Of a DNA stretch of 64,000 nucleotides, positions 38,446 through 48,166 are shown in pieces (position 1 is the first letter of the stretch; each line of letters starts with the position of its first letter). Location: contig JBGVKY010000026.1 in the NCBI GenBank assembly GCA_045123995.1, positions 73,600 to 137,599 of the forward strand. Reading direction: 5' to 3'. This stretch comes from Clostridia bacterium. GTDB taxonomy: Bacteria; Bacillota; Clostridia; CAKSNL01; HGM11501. The translations under genes were made by a program, and so were the position numbers. The notes below the pieces were generated by a model. It searched no databases. It saw only the letters and a list, made by a program, of their open reading frames with translations, and was not told where the DNA came from.

Positions 38446-39390
38446 ATGAAAATAGTTGTACTTGATGCGAAAACTTTAGGAGACGATATATCTTTAGATA
38501 TATTAAAAAAAGCGGGGGAGTGTACCTTTTATAAAGAAACTGCCCCGTCAGAAATTCGCGAAAGAATTATTGATGCGGATGTTCTTGTGTTAAATAAATT
38601 GAAGCTCAACGAGGGCAATCTTGCTGATGCTGAAAACTTAAAGCTTATTTGTGTAACTGCCACAGGCTATGATAATATTGATATTGAATACTGTAAAAAA
38701 AGAAATATAGCCGTTTCCAATGTGGTGGGATATTCTTCTCATTCCGTGGCTCAAAACACTTTAGCACAGGTTTTGGCACTTTACACGAATCTTTTTGCTT
38801 ATAACAACTTTGTAAGAAGCGGAGATTATACTAAAAGCGGTGTTGCAAACAGACTTACCCCTGTATACCACGAGCTTTTCGGGAAAACCTGGGGAATAAT
38901 AGGATACGGAAACATAGGAAAAGAGGTAGGGGAGGCAGCTAAAGCTTTAGGATGTAACATCCTTTATACAAGACATAAAAATGATGGTATTTCCGTGGAT
39001 TTGAAAACTTTGTGTGAAAAATCTGATATCATAACAATACACACCCCATTAAATGAAGATACAAGAGCTATTATAAACGAAGAAAAGATTTTCATTATGA
39101 AGGATGGAGTTTTAATAGTAAATGCAGCCAGAGGGGCTGTTACTGACGAAAAAGCCATTGTAAAAGGAATAAAAAGCGGGAAAATTGGATTTTTCGGATC
39201 AGATGTTTATTCCGAAGAGCCTTTTAGCAAAGAGCATCCCTTTAATGAAATAAAAGATTATCCTAATGTGCTTTTAACTCCGCACATGGCCTGGGGATCT
39301 TTTGAAGCCAGAATACGTTGCATTGAAGAAATATATGAAAATATAAAGGCTTTTAACGAGGGAAAGTTAAGAAACCGGGTGGATTTATAA
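38446..39390 (+). CDS. D-isomer-specific 2-hydroxyacid dehydrogenase (glycerate/hydroxypyruvate reductase family)
   Basis: GIIGYGNIGKEV NAD-binding motif and catalytic R/E/H region. Confidence 0.8.
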   Translation: MKIVVLDAKTLGDDISLDILKKAGECTFYKETAPSEIRERIIDADVLVLNKLKLNEGNLADAENLKLICVTATGYDNIDIEYCKKRNIAVSNVVGYSSHSVAQNTLAQVLALYTNLFAYNNFVRSGDYTKSGVANRLTPVYHELFGKTWGIIGYGNIGKEVGEAAKALGCNILYTRHKNDGISVDLKTLCEKSDIITIHTPLNEDTRAIINEEKIFIMKDGVLIVNAARGAVTDEKAIVKGIKSGKIGFFGSDVYSEEPFSKEHPFNEIKDYPNVLLTPHMAWGSFEARIRCIEEIYENIKAFNEGKLRNRVDL

Positions 39391-39427
39391 AAAACAGCTA
39401 TTACGGAAAACGTAATAGCTGTTTTTT
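39390..39427. terminator. Bidirectional terminator
   Basis: AAAAACAGCTATTACG-GAAAA-CGTAATAGCTGTTTTT. Confidence 0.85.
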
Positions 39428-40473
39428 TACTTTTCTTCGGGAAATTCACGGCTTCGCATAATTTCTTTTTTCGCTTTCGCACTGTATTGTGCATAGAATT
39501 TATGTGTTACCTCAATGTTTTTGTGACCCATAAGTTCTGCGACCATTTTAATATCGACTCCTTCTTCCAAAAGAGTGCATGCAAAGGTTCTTCTGAGTGC
39601 GTGAGGTCTTGTTTTATCCTTATTTGTTATTCCTGCCATAAGACAGTAGGTTTTAAGATTGTGTTCAACGCTGGAAATGGTAAGTCTTTCGCCGTTTCTT
39701 GATACAAAAAGAGCATCTGTCTTATAATTTTGTTCGTTTCGCCATTCTATGTAGCTTAAAAGTTCATTTTCAACCTGAACAGGCATAAAAATCTCATCTT
39801 CATTTCCGCCTTTTCTGGTAACAGTAAAGGAAGAAGTTTCGAAATCCACATCAGAAACGTCTAAATTAACCAATTCGCTAACACGAACACCTGTTCCTAA
39901 ATAGGTGAGATACAGCGCTATATCGCGTTTTTTTCTGTTTAGGTATTCGGTGAGGAGGCGGCCTGTAAAATAGTTTTCACCGTTCAATATTACATCCATA
40001 AGACGCATGGTTTCCTGAATAGTCAGTGGTTTTTTTATTTTCTGAACCAGTTTATTCATATCAATCTTAAGAGTAACATTTTGGGAAATTTTATCTGTTT
40101 TATAAAGATAAGAAAACAAGCTCCTTAAAGAAGACATTTTACGGTTTATCCCGAAAGAAGAATTTCTGTGGGTTCTTGTGTAGCTTTCTCCGTCAGATGT
40201 AACGTAGGAGAGTGTGTACTGCTTTAAATAAGATTTATATTCAAGCAGGTCATCTACAGAAATTTTATCCATATCAGCTTCAGAGAAAGACTCCAATGAA
40301 TCATAATTAAAACGACCTGATTCTATTAAAAAATTTAAGAAGATACGAACGTCAAGAGCGAGAGCAAGCTGTGTATTTATTGATTCGCCGTCGTAATAGT
40401 AGTCAATGAATCTGAATACAAAATCAGGTAATTCTGAAAGACGGCTTCTTAATTTAGTTTGTTTATCTATCAT
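39427..40473 (-). CDS. Tyrosine site-specific recombinase (Xer-like, phage-integrase family)
   Basis: C-terminal catalytic motifs HALRRTFA, LMGH and Y in KFYAQYS. N-terminal SAM-like core-binding domain. Confidence 0.8.
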   Translation of the reverse strand: MIDKQTKLRSRLSELPDFVFRFIDYYYDGESINTQLALALDVRIFLNFLIESGRFNYDSLESFSEADMDKISVDDLLEYKSYLKQYTLSYVTSDGESYTRTHRNSSFGINRKMSSLRSLFSYLYKTDKISQNVTLKIDMNKLVQKIKKPLTIQETMRLMDVILNGENYFTGRLLTEYLNRKKRDIALYLTYLGTGVRVSELVNLDVSDVDFETSSFTVTRKGGNEDEIFMPVQVENELLSYIEWRNEQNYKTDALFVSRNGERLTISSVEHNLKTYCLMAGITNKDKTRPHALRRTFACTLLEEGVDIKMVAELMGHKNIEVTHKFYAQYSAKAKKEIMRSREFPEEK

Positions 40474-40523
40474 TGTGAAAAACTCCTTAAAAGCCCGGGG
40501 AGGGCTAAAATACGTTAATCCAA

Positions 40524-40554
40524 TTAAGATAAATAGTTATTTATCTTAATTTAT
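40524..40554. repeat. Perfect 31-bp palindrome AATTAAGATAAATA-GTT-TATTTATCTTAATT
   Basis: Read from sequence. Located 50 bp upstream of the recombinase start and downstream of pgm. Confidence 0.8.
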
Positions 40555-40599
40555 TTATAAATCAGCCTTAATCTCTCCTGTCGGATTTTTTAGATTTTT

Positions 40600-42303
40600 T
40601 TATAAAACCAGCTTTTTTAAATCCTCGATTAACTTATCTGATAATTCTTCCGAAGACTTTTTGTCTGGAGCTTTTGCCCCTACATAAATTTTGAGTTTTG
40701 GTTCTGTTCCTGAAGGACGAAGCACTGCCCAGATTCCGCCTTCAATTTCAAAGTATAATACATTTGATTTTGGTAATATGAGCTTTTCGGTTTCGCCGGT
40801 TTCAAAATTCTTTTTGAGCTGTTTATTATAATCCCTTAAAGCCAATACCTTCTTCCCTGCTAAAAGTGCGGGAGGATTATTTCTTACATTTTCCATAGAA
40901 GCTTTTATTTCATCAGCTCCGGTTAATCCCTCTCTCACTATGTTGTAAACGCCTTCTTTATACCAGCCATACTTATTGTAAAGCTTTGTGAGAGCATCGT
41001 AAAGTGTCATGCCTTTTTGGTTGTAATAGGTTGCCATTTCGGCTATAAGCATAGAAGATACAACACCGTCTTTATCTCTAGCGTGAATTCCTGCAAGATA
41101 TCCGTAGCTTTCTTCAAAACCGAAAACATAGTGCATATTTCCGTTTTCTTCGTGTTTATAAATAAGCTCCCCTATAAACTTAAAGCCTGTAAGACATTCA
41201 AACATGGTAACGCCGTAATTCTCTGCAATTGAACGGATTATATCTGTAGTTACGATTGTTTTAACAACAAAAGGATTTTGAGGCATACTTCCCTTTTTGG
41301 CGCGTTCTGAAAGAATATATTCACATAAAAGAGCGCCTATCTGATTACCGGTAAGACAAACGTATTCGCCACAGGAATTTTTAACAACAACGCCCACTCT
41401 GTCGCAGTCCGGGTCTGTTCCCAGAATAAGATCAACATCGTGTTTTTTAGCTATTTCAATACCTAAATTAAAGCCTTCTTTTTCTTCAGGATTAGGCGAT
41501 TTAACAGTAGGAAAATCTCCGTCAGGAGTACATTGCTCCTTAACTTCATATACATTTTTAAGTCCTATATGAGAAAAAGCTTTCATTACGGGTTTATATC
41601 CCGCTCCGTGAAACGGAGTATATATAATCTTGAAACTCTCCCCTGCTTTTTCTGTAATTTCAGGATTTATTCTCTGTTTATAAACCTCTTTAAGGAATTC
41701 GTTTTCTGTTTCTTCTCCGATAATCTCTATAAGCTCCGGATTAACGGGATTTTCAAATTCCTGGAATAAAGGCATTGATTTTATGAGTTTTACTATCTCC
41801 GCTGCAACTTCAGGGCCTATCTGGCATCCGTCATCTCCGTAAACTTTATATCCGTTGTATTTGGCCGGATTGTGGCTAGCGGTTATCATGATTCCTGCCG
41901 CACATTTATAAAATCGGGTTGCGAAACTTACCAACGGAACAGGTTTTAATTCATCAAAAAGATATACTTTTATGCCGTATCTTGTGAGGGTTTCGGCAGA
42001 TTCTTTTGCAAATTCTTTTGACTTGTGTCTTGAATCGTAACCTATTAAAACGGAAAGGTTTTCTTTGTTCAGGCTTTTTAAGTAAAGAGCCAGTGCTTTT
42101 GTTGCACGTCTCACAACGTATATATTCATTCTGTTTGTTCCGGCAGCTATTATTCCCCTTAAGCCCGCAGTACCGAATTCCAGTTCTGCACCAAAACGTT
42201 CCTTTATCTCTTCTTCGTTATCTTTGATGCTTAAAAGTTCGTTTTTAAGCTCAAAATCCAAGTTTTCATACGAAAGCCATTCGTTGTATTTTTCTTTATG
42301 CAT
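40600..42303 (-). CDS. Phosphoglucomutase/phosphomannomutase (alpha-D-phosphohexomutase)
   Basis: Active-site TASHNP and GTAGLRG motifs. Confidence 0.9.
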   Translation of the reverse strand: MHKEKYNEWLSYENLDFELKNELLSIKDNEEEIKERFGAELEFGTAGLRGIIAAGTNRMNIYVVRRATKALALYLKSLNKENLSVLIGYDSRHKSKEFAKESAETLTRYGIKVYLFDELKPVPLVSFATRFYKCAAGIMITASHNPAKYNGYKVYGDDGCQIGPEVAAEIVKLIKSMPLFQEFENPVNPELIEIIGEETENEFLKEVYKQRINPEITEKAGESFKIIYTPFHGAGYKPVMKAFSHIGLKNVYEVKEQCTPDGDFPTVKSPNPEEKEGFNLGIEIAKKHDVDLILGTDPDCDRVGVVVKNSCGEYVCLTGNQIGALLCEYILSERAKKGSMPQNPFVVKTIVTTDIIRSIAENYGVTMFECLTGFKFIGELIYKHEENGNMHYVFGFEESYGYLAGIHARDKDGVVSSMLIAEMATYYNQKGMTLYDALTKLYNKYGWYKEGVYNIVREGLTGADEIKASMENVRNNPPALLAGKKVLALRDYNKQLKKNFETGETEKLILPKSNVLYFEIEGGIWAVLRPSGTEPKLKIYVGAKAPDKKSSEELSDKLIEDLKKLVL

Positions 42304-42384
42304 ATTATAGCCTCCTCATAGAATATTACATTGATATTATACCACAAAGCGGGAATTTCGTAAAGTTTTTTATTTGTCGAAAAT

Positions 42385-42415
42385 AAAAAAAGAACGCCAA
42401 CGGCGTTCTTTTTTA
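42385..42415 (-). terminator. Terminator of ispH-rpsA
   Basis: AAGAACGCCGTTGGCGTTCTT followed by TTTTTATTTT on the minus strand. Confidence 0.8.
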
Positions 42416-42423
42416 CAAGTAAA

Positions 42424-44427
42424 TTATTCAGCCTCAGTAGTTTCTGCGTCTTCAGCAGGAGCTTCTTCTGTTGCGGAAGCTTCCTCAACTACCTCTTCGG
42501 GAAGTAATGCTCTTATGGAAAGAGCGATCTTGGGAGCAGGAGTTGCATCCCAGTTGATGTCAATTATCTTAGCATCAACTTTCTGTCCCTTTGAAAGTTC
42601 ATCAGAGGGCTTTGCAATTCTCTTGTTAGCAATCTGAGAAATGTGGATAAGACCTTCTACTCCGGGGATGAGTTCTGCAAAAGCACCGAATGCTGTAACG
42701 TTTGTGATTGTAACATTTACAACGTTGCCAATTTCGAACTTGCTCTTAGCAATTACCCAGGGATTTTCCTCATCCTTCTTGTAGCCTAAGGAAATCTTAT
42801 TTTTTCCGTTTTCATCTGTATCAATCTTTAAGATTCTTACGGTGATTTCATCACCAACATTAACTACTTCCGTGGGATGCTTAATCTTAGCCCAGGAAAG
42901 CTGAGAAATGTGAAGAAGGCCTTCTACCCCTCCTAAGTCAACGAATGCACCAAAATCAGTAATAGTCTTAACTACACCGGTGTATTCCTTGCCAACTTCA
43001 GCGTCAGCCCAAAAAGCTTCGGACTTCTTTGCTTTTTCAGCAAGAAGAACCTGCTTGATGGAACCTAAAATCTTCTTGGAACGTCTGTCAAGCTTAATAA
43101 TCTTAACAGGAACTGTTTTTGCAGGATCTACTAAAACAGAAAGATCGCTTAAATATCTGTCATTAGCCTGAGAGCCGGGAACGAATACTCTGATTCCTTC
43201 GCAAAGTACGATAACTCCGCCTTTAACAGCTTCAATTACGATACCAGAAAGAACAGTGCCGTTTTCCATAGCTTCTTCTAAAACAGCGAATTTCTTCTCG
43301 TTGTCAAGTTTCTTCTTAGAAAGAAGAACGGTGCCTTCTACATCGTTTACGCGAATTACAAATACATCGATAACATCGCCCACTTTAACAATATCTTCGG
43401 GTGCGAGTGTAGGATCGTCTGTTAATTCGCTTGCAGGAATGATACCGTCTGACTTATAATTAAGGTTGACGATAACTTCGTTGGGATGAACCGCAACGAC
43501 TGTTCCTTTAACCTTTTCCCCTGTATGTAAGGTAACGAGAGTGTTTTCAAGCACTTCCGCCCAGTTTTCCTCCTCATTTATATTCTGTGTTACTTTTGTG
43601 TTTTCTTCCATTGTATGAAGAACCTCCTTTATTATCCAGTCCGGTGTTGATGCACCGGCTGTTACACCAATTCGTTTGCGGATATATTCCTCCGCGTCCG
43701 GCAGTTCATATGCGCCCTCTATATGATATACTTTATCACATACTGTCCTTGCTATCTCTACCAGTTTTTTATTGTTGGAGCTGTGCTTCCCTCCTATTAC
43801 AAAGAAAACGTCCGACTCCTTTGCGATTTTTTCGGCTTCTTTTTGCCTTAATTCAGTCGCACTACATATTGTATCAAAAAACAGTGCTGTTTGGCAAGTG
43901 TTTTTTATAAATTCTTTTAAATCTTTCCAAAAAATTGTGCTTGCGGTGGTCTGGGATACGACACAAAGCTTTTTTTCTTTTAAATCTTTGAGTTTTTCAC
44001 GAGCTTCTGCCATATCTTTGATTATTATAGCTGAGTTATCACACCATCCGTTTATGCCTATTACTTCAGGGTGGCTCTCATCCCCCGCAATTATTATATT
44101 ATAACACTCATTATGATATTTTTCAACTATTGTTTGAATTTTTTTTACAAAGGGACATGTTGCATCTATGAATTTTCCGTTTATTCTTTCTAAAACATCT
44201 TTTGAAACACCGTGACTTCTTATTACGAGGGTTTCGGAAGAGGCAAGATTTTCGGGATAATCTGCAACCTTTACTCCTTTTTTTGAAAGTTCTTCCACAA
44301 CTCTTTCGTTATGGATTATCGGGCCTAATGTAACTATATTATCCCCGTTGTTTATACCCTTATTAACAAAATCCAAAGCTCTTGAAACTCCGAAGCAGAA
44401 GCCTGCAGATTTAGCAACCTTAATCAT
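42424..44427 (-). CDS. ispH: Bifunctional 4-hydroxy-3-methylbut-2-enyl diphosphate reductase (IspH) fused to ribosomal protein S1 domains
   Basis: N-terminal IspH (AGFCFGV, Cys ligands) followed by four S1 repeats and an acidic tail. Confidence 0.85.
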   Translation of the reverse strand: MIKVAKSAGFCFGVSRALDFVNKGINNGDNIVTLGPIIHNERVVEELSKKGVKVADYPENLASSETLVIRSHGVSKDVLERINGKFIDATCPFVKKIQTIVEKYHNECYNIIIAGDESHPEVIGINGWCDNSAIIIKDMAEAREKLKDLKEKKLCVVSQTTASTIFWKDLKEFIKNTCQTALFFDTICSATELRQKEAEKIAKESDVFFVIGGKHSSNNKKLVEIARTVCDKVYHIEGAYELPDAEEYIRKRIGVTAGASTPDWIIKEVLHTMEENTKVTQNINEEENWAEVLENTLVTLHTGEKVKGTVVAVHPNEVIVNLNYKSDGIIPASELTDDPTLAPEDIVKVGDVIDVFVIRVNDVEGTVLLSKKKLDNEKKFAVLEEAMENGTVLSGIVIEAVKGGVIVLCEGIRVFVPGSQANDRYLSDLSVLVDPAKTVPVKIIKLDRRSKKILGSIKQVLLAEKAKKSEAFWADAEVGKEYTGVVKTITDFGAFVDLGGVEGLLHISQLSWAKIKHPTEVVNVGDEITVRILKIDTDENGKNKISLGYKKDEENPWVIAKSKFEIGNVVNVTITNVTAFGAFAELIPGVEGLIHISQIANKRIAKPSDELSKGQKVDAKIIDINWDATPAPKIALSIRALLPEEVVEEASATEEAPAEDAETTEAE

Positions 44428-45014
44428 TTTTTATCCTCTTTTGCAAGGTCATAGATTTTATCCATAAGTTCTTTTGTAAGCTTATCATAATCCTCTTCTG
44501 TAAGTTTCTGTTTCTTATATTCAGAGTAATCAATAGGCTCTCCTATTTTTATATGTACTTTTCTGAAAATGCGGTTGTTGTCAGAAAGTCCAACCGGAAC
44601 TATTTTTGCCCCGGTAAGCATCGAAAGCCTCACTGCTCCCTGTTTACCCGGTGTATTATCTTCCTTTTTTGATCTTGTTCCCTGGGGGAACATTAAAAGA
44701 GCGTGACCGCTTTTTAGAAGCTTTATTGCTGTTTTTATTGCAGCTATATCATTTGATCCTCTGTCAACAGGGAACGCTCCCAAAGAGGATATCAGTTTAG
44801 CAAAAAGCTTGTTTTTGAAAAGCTCTTTTTTGGACATAAATGTGAGTTTTCTGTCCATGGATTCTGCTATATATACAGGGTCTTTAAGGCCGGGGTGATT
44901 TGAACATACTATAATTCCTTCTTCTTTGGGAACCATAGAGTTATCGGGCTTTTTAAATCCGTAAAAAATACTGTCATAAATCCTTATTATAAATATCAAT
45001 ATTTTATAAAACAT
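44424..45014 (-). CDS. plsC: 1-acyl-sn-glycerol-3-phosphate acyltransferase
   Basis: NHPGLKDP (HX4D) and FPQGTRS motifs. Confidence 0.8.
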   Translation of the reverse strand: MFYKILIFIIRIYDSIFYGFKKPDNSMVPKEEGIIVCSNHPGLKDPVYIAESMDRKLTFMSKKELFKNKLFAKLISSLGAFPVDRGSNDIAAIKTAIKLLKSGHALLMFPQGTRSKKEDNTPGKQGAVRLSMLTGAKIVPVGLSDNNRIFRKVHIKIGEPIDYSEYKKQKLTEEDYDKLTKELMDKIYDLAKEDKK

Positions 45015-45026
45015 AAAGTTCCTCTT

Positions 45027-45692
45027 TCACATCTTTTCGATGATTAGATTTTTCACTTTTTCGATAGATTCTTCCAAAGTAAAAGAAGTAGTGTCCACCA
45101 ATATGGCGTCAGAAGCCTGAGCCAGAGGCATGTATTCTCTGGAGCTGTCATTTTTATCTCTGAAACGCATATCCTCCAGAACTTCTTCAAAAGTCACATT
45201 TTCTCCCTTTTCCTTAAGTTCAAGAAAACGTCTTTCTGCTCTTGCTTTTACGTCGGCAGTCAAAAATATTTTGACTTTAGCAAACGGGAGTACATTTGTG
45301 CCTATATCACGTCCGTCCATAATGCAATTATGGTTTTTTGCCAAAGCTCTCTGGAAATCCACCATTTTTTCACGAACCTCGCGGATTACTGCAACGTGAG
45401 ATGCAGCTAAAGAAATTTCAGGTGTTCTGATTAACCCGGAAACGTCTTCCCCGTTTAAGAATACGTGCTGTACTCCGTCTATATAATCAATGTCTATATT
45501 TATGTTTTTAAGGGAATCTATAACACCTTTTATGTCTTTCGAAGAGTCAATACCCGCTCTTACACAATAAAGCCCTACAGCTCTGTACATAGCGCCTGTA
45601 TCTATATAGATAAAGCCCAGTTCCTTGGCTACCGCCTTTGCTATAGTGCTCTTTCCAGCTCCTGAAGGACCATCTATCGCTATATTTATCAT
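45027..45692 (-). CDS. cmk: Cytidylate kinase
   Basis: IAIDGPSGAGKST motif. Confidence 0.9.
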   Translation of the reverse strand: MINIAIDGPSGAGKSTIAKAVAKELGFIYIDTGAMYRAVGLYCVRAGIDSSKDIKGVIDSLKNINIDIDYIDGVQHVFLNGEDVSGLIRTPEISLAASHVAVIREVREKMVDFQRALAKNHNCIMDGRDIGTNVLPFAKVKIFLTADVKARAERRFLELKEKGENVTFEEVLEDMRFRDKNDSSREYMPLAQASDAILVDTTSFTLEESIEKVKNLIIEKM

Positions 45693-45717
45693 TTGAATCC
45701 TCCTTTGTCACTATTAT

Positions 45718-46131
45718 TTATATAACTCTGTGACCTAAACCTATTGCAACTTCGTTTAAATGCAACAACCCTATTCCGCAGAAAATACATACTGTTATAT
45801 GCTCGTTAAAACGCGCAATACCGATTTTTCCACCGGCATTTAGCCCTATTGCCTTTGTCATAATTGCTGCCAGTGCCTCTCTTGCTGCCCCAGCAACAGC
45901 TCCTTCTTCTGAGTGAGAAGAGCCTATAAGACCTTCTCTCTTGGCGCCAACCACAGAACGTTCTACAATTTTGTTTACAGAGCTTATAAATTCTCCGCCG
46001 AAATCAATGGCGCAGCAGGAAATTCCTTTAGAGGAGGTATCTTCTTTGAAAGACTTTTCTTCCTCTCTGTCTTTAGTTAAAGCTGCTTTTATTGCGAAAG
46101 CAGCAATATCTTTGCTACCGTAATCGGGCAT
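45718..46131 (-). CDS. HutP-family protein (putative RNA-binding antiterminator-like)
   Basis: Resembles HutP in the SHSEEGAVAGAAREAL and GLLHLNEVAIGLGH regions. About 137 aa. Confidence 0.4.
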   Translation of the reverse strand: MPDYGSKDIAAFAIKAALTKDREEEKSFKEDTSSKGISCCAIDFGGEFISSVNKIVERSVVGAKREGLIGSSHSEEGAVAGAAREALAAIMTKAIGLNAGGKIGIARFNEHITVCIFCGIGLLHLNEVAIGLGHRVI

Positions 46132-46197
46132 AACATTGCCTCCTTTAGGGATTAAATCGTCTAATTATATCACATTCTAAAAAAATAATCAATATTT

Positions 46198-47412
46198 TTA
46201 TAGATTTTTTCCTGCCAGATAACCGGTAGAAAAAGCTATCTGAAGATTAAAGCCTCCTGTATAGGCGTCAACATCGATAATTTCACCTGCAAAGAAGAGC
46301 CCTTCTATTATTTTAGATTCCATTGTGGAAGGATTTATTTCTGACACCTTTATACCGCCTGACGTTATTATAGCCTCGGATACAGGTCTGAACTCTTTTA
46401 TTCTGACGGTTAGATGCTTAAGAAGAAAACAAAGATGCTTTCTTTCCTCTTTAGTAATTTCGTTAGGCTTTTTTCTCTGGTCTATACCGCTTAAGCTGAC
46501 TATTACAGGTATCATTTTTTGCGGAAGAAGGTCATTAAGAGAATTTATAAAATCTTTGTTGGAATACTTTTCAAAGTCTCTTAAAACTCTTTTATCCAGT
46601 GTTTCTTCATCCAGTGCAGGTTTTAAGTCTATCTCAATTTTATAATCTGTTACTTTCTTTTTTATATGTGCACTTGCACTTAAAATCAAAGGTCCCGATA
46701 CTCCAAAGTGGGTAAATAACATTTCGCCCATGTCGGAAAATTTCTTTTTTTCTTTTTCGAATAAAGTAACTTTAACATTCTTAAGAGAAAGTCCCATCAT
46801 TTCCCTGGGAAAAGTTTCCTCCGTAACTAAAGGAACTAACGATGGTCTTATTTCTGTTACGGTGTGTCCGAGATTTTTTGCAAACTTGTACCCGTCTCCC
46901 GTAGAGCCTGTTGTGGGATAGCTAAGTCCTCCTGTCGCAAGAATTACTCTGTCTGCATATATAATGCTTTTATCAGAAAGAATAACGCCTTTTACTTTTC
47001 CCTCTTGTGCGATTATCTCAGTGACACATGCTTTTTTTGTAACAACATCATACTTTTTCATTTTGGAAACCAAAGCATTTACTATATCCTGAGCTTTGTC
47101 AGACTCAGGAAAAACTCTGTTGCCGCGCTCGGTTTTAAGTTTTACACCTTCATTTTCGAAAAACTCAATTGTGTCTTCCGTAGAAAATGCATTTAAAGCA
47201 CTGTATAAAAAGCGGCCGTTAACCGGAACGTTTTTTATAACTTCTTCGGGGGAACAGTTATTTGTAACGTTACATCTTCCCTTCCCTGTTATGGAAAGCT
47301 TTTTGCCAAAACGGTCGTTTTTTTCTATTAAAATGACTTCGTTACCGTTTTCTCCTGCAGAGGCTGCGGCCATAAGACCTGCAGCTCCGGCACCTATTAT
47401 AATTACTTTCAT
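46198..47412 (-). CDS. FAD-dependent flavoprotein, HI0933/YhiN (BaiN) family
   Basis: IIGAGAAGLMAA dinucleotide-binding motif and KGRCNVTN. Confidence 0.8.
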   Translation of the reverse strand: MKVIIIGAGAAGLMAAASAGENGNEVILIEKNDRFGKKLSITGKGRCNVTNNCSPEEVIKNVPVNGRFLYSALNAFSTEDTIEFFENEGVKLKTERGNRVFPESDKAQDIVNALVSKMKKYDVVTKKACVTEIIAQEGKVKGVILSDKSIIYADRVILATGGLSYPTTGSTGDGYKFAKNLGHTVTEIRPSLVPLVTEETFPREMMGLSLKNVKVTLFEKEKKKFSDMGEMLFTHFGVSGPLILSASAHIKKKVTDYKIEIDLKPALDEETLDKRVLRDFEKYSNKDFINSLNDLLPQKMIPVIVSLSGIDQRKKPNEITKEERKHLCFLLKHLTVRIKEFRPVSEAIITSGGIKVSEINPSTMESKIIEGLFFAGEIIDVDAYTGGFNLQIAFSTGYLAGKNL

Positions 47413-47413
47413 A

Positions 47414-48148
47414 TTATTTCTCCCGCTTTACGGCTGATATAAAAATGCGTTCTTCTTTTGCTTTGGGTCTTTTAAGTGTTTTATCACCATAAAAATTTAT
47501 ATGGGTAAATCCAGCTTTTTTCAAAAGGGTTTTAAGTTTTTTTAAAGACCATGCTCTTTCTGTCTGTTCTTCAGTTATCTTTGAAAAAGCACCTTCTTCA
47601 TCCTCGGTAAAAAACGTAAGATAAAAATCACAAAGTTTTTCTTTTTTGTCGTAAAAACTTTCCCATACATAAAAAATCCCGTTTTCATCATAGGTGTAAC
47701 AGTTTTCGCCCAGTACTTTTTTTAGTTTGTATGGGGTATTTATATCAAATATAAACATCCCGTCGTAATCAAGATAATTATGGACTAAAGAAAATGTTTT
47801 TAAAAGGTCATTCTCATCTAAAATATAATTTACACAGTCAAGACTTGAAATTATTGCTCCCATAGTACCGTAAAGCTCAAATTCAGTCATATCCTGACTT
47901 AAGTATAAGCTATTTTCATCCTTTTCTCTAGCCTTATTAAGCATGGATAAGGATGAATCTACCCCTGTCATATCAAAACCTCTTTCTGACATGATTTTGG
48001 TGAGAGTCCCTGTTCCACACCCTAAATCAAGTATGAGTTTGGGGGCTATTTTATGTTTTTCGAATAAGGCACAGTAAAAATCAGCCCATTTTTCGTATTT
48101 CACATCACACATTAACTTATCATAAATATCAGCAAATTCTGTGTACAT
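47414..48148 (-). CDS. Class I SAM-dependent methyltransferase
   Basis: LDLGCGTG motif I. Confidence 0.75.
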   Translation of the reverse strand: MYTEFADIYDKLMCDVKYEKWADFYCALFEKHKIAPKLILDLGCGTGTLTKIMSERGFDMTGVDSSLSMLNKAREKDENSLYLSQDMTEFELYGTMGAIISSLDCVNYILDENDLLKTFSLVHNYLDYDGMFIFDINTPYKLKKVLGENCYTYDENGIFYVWESFYDKKEKLCDFYLTFFTEDEEGAFSKITEEQTERAWSLKKLKTLLKKAGFTHINFYGDKTLKRPKAKEERIFISAVKREK

Positions 48149-48166
48149 AAAATCACCCCTTAATGA

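Noticed and set aside
39427-40473. Prophage or integrative element at the tyrosine recombinase
   Set aside because: There are no phage, transposase or cargo genes on either side. The flanks are housekeeping genes with their own terminators
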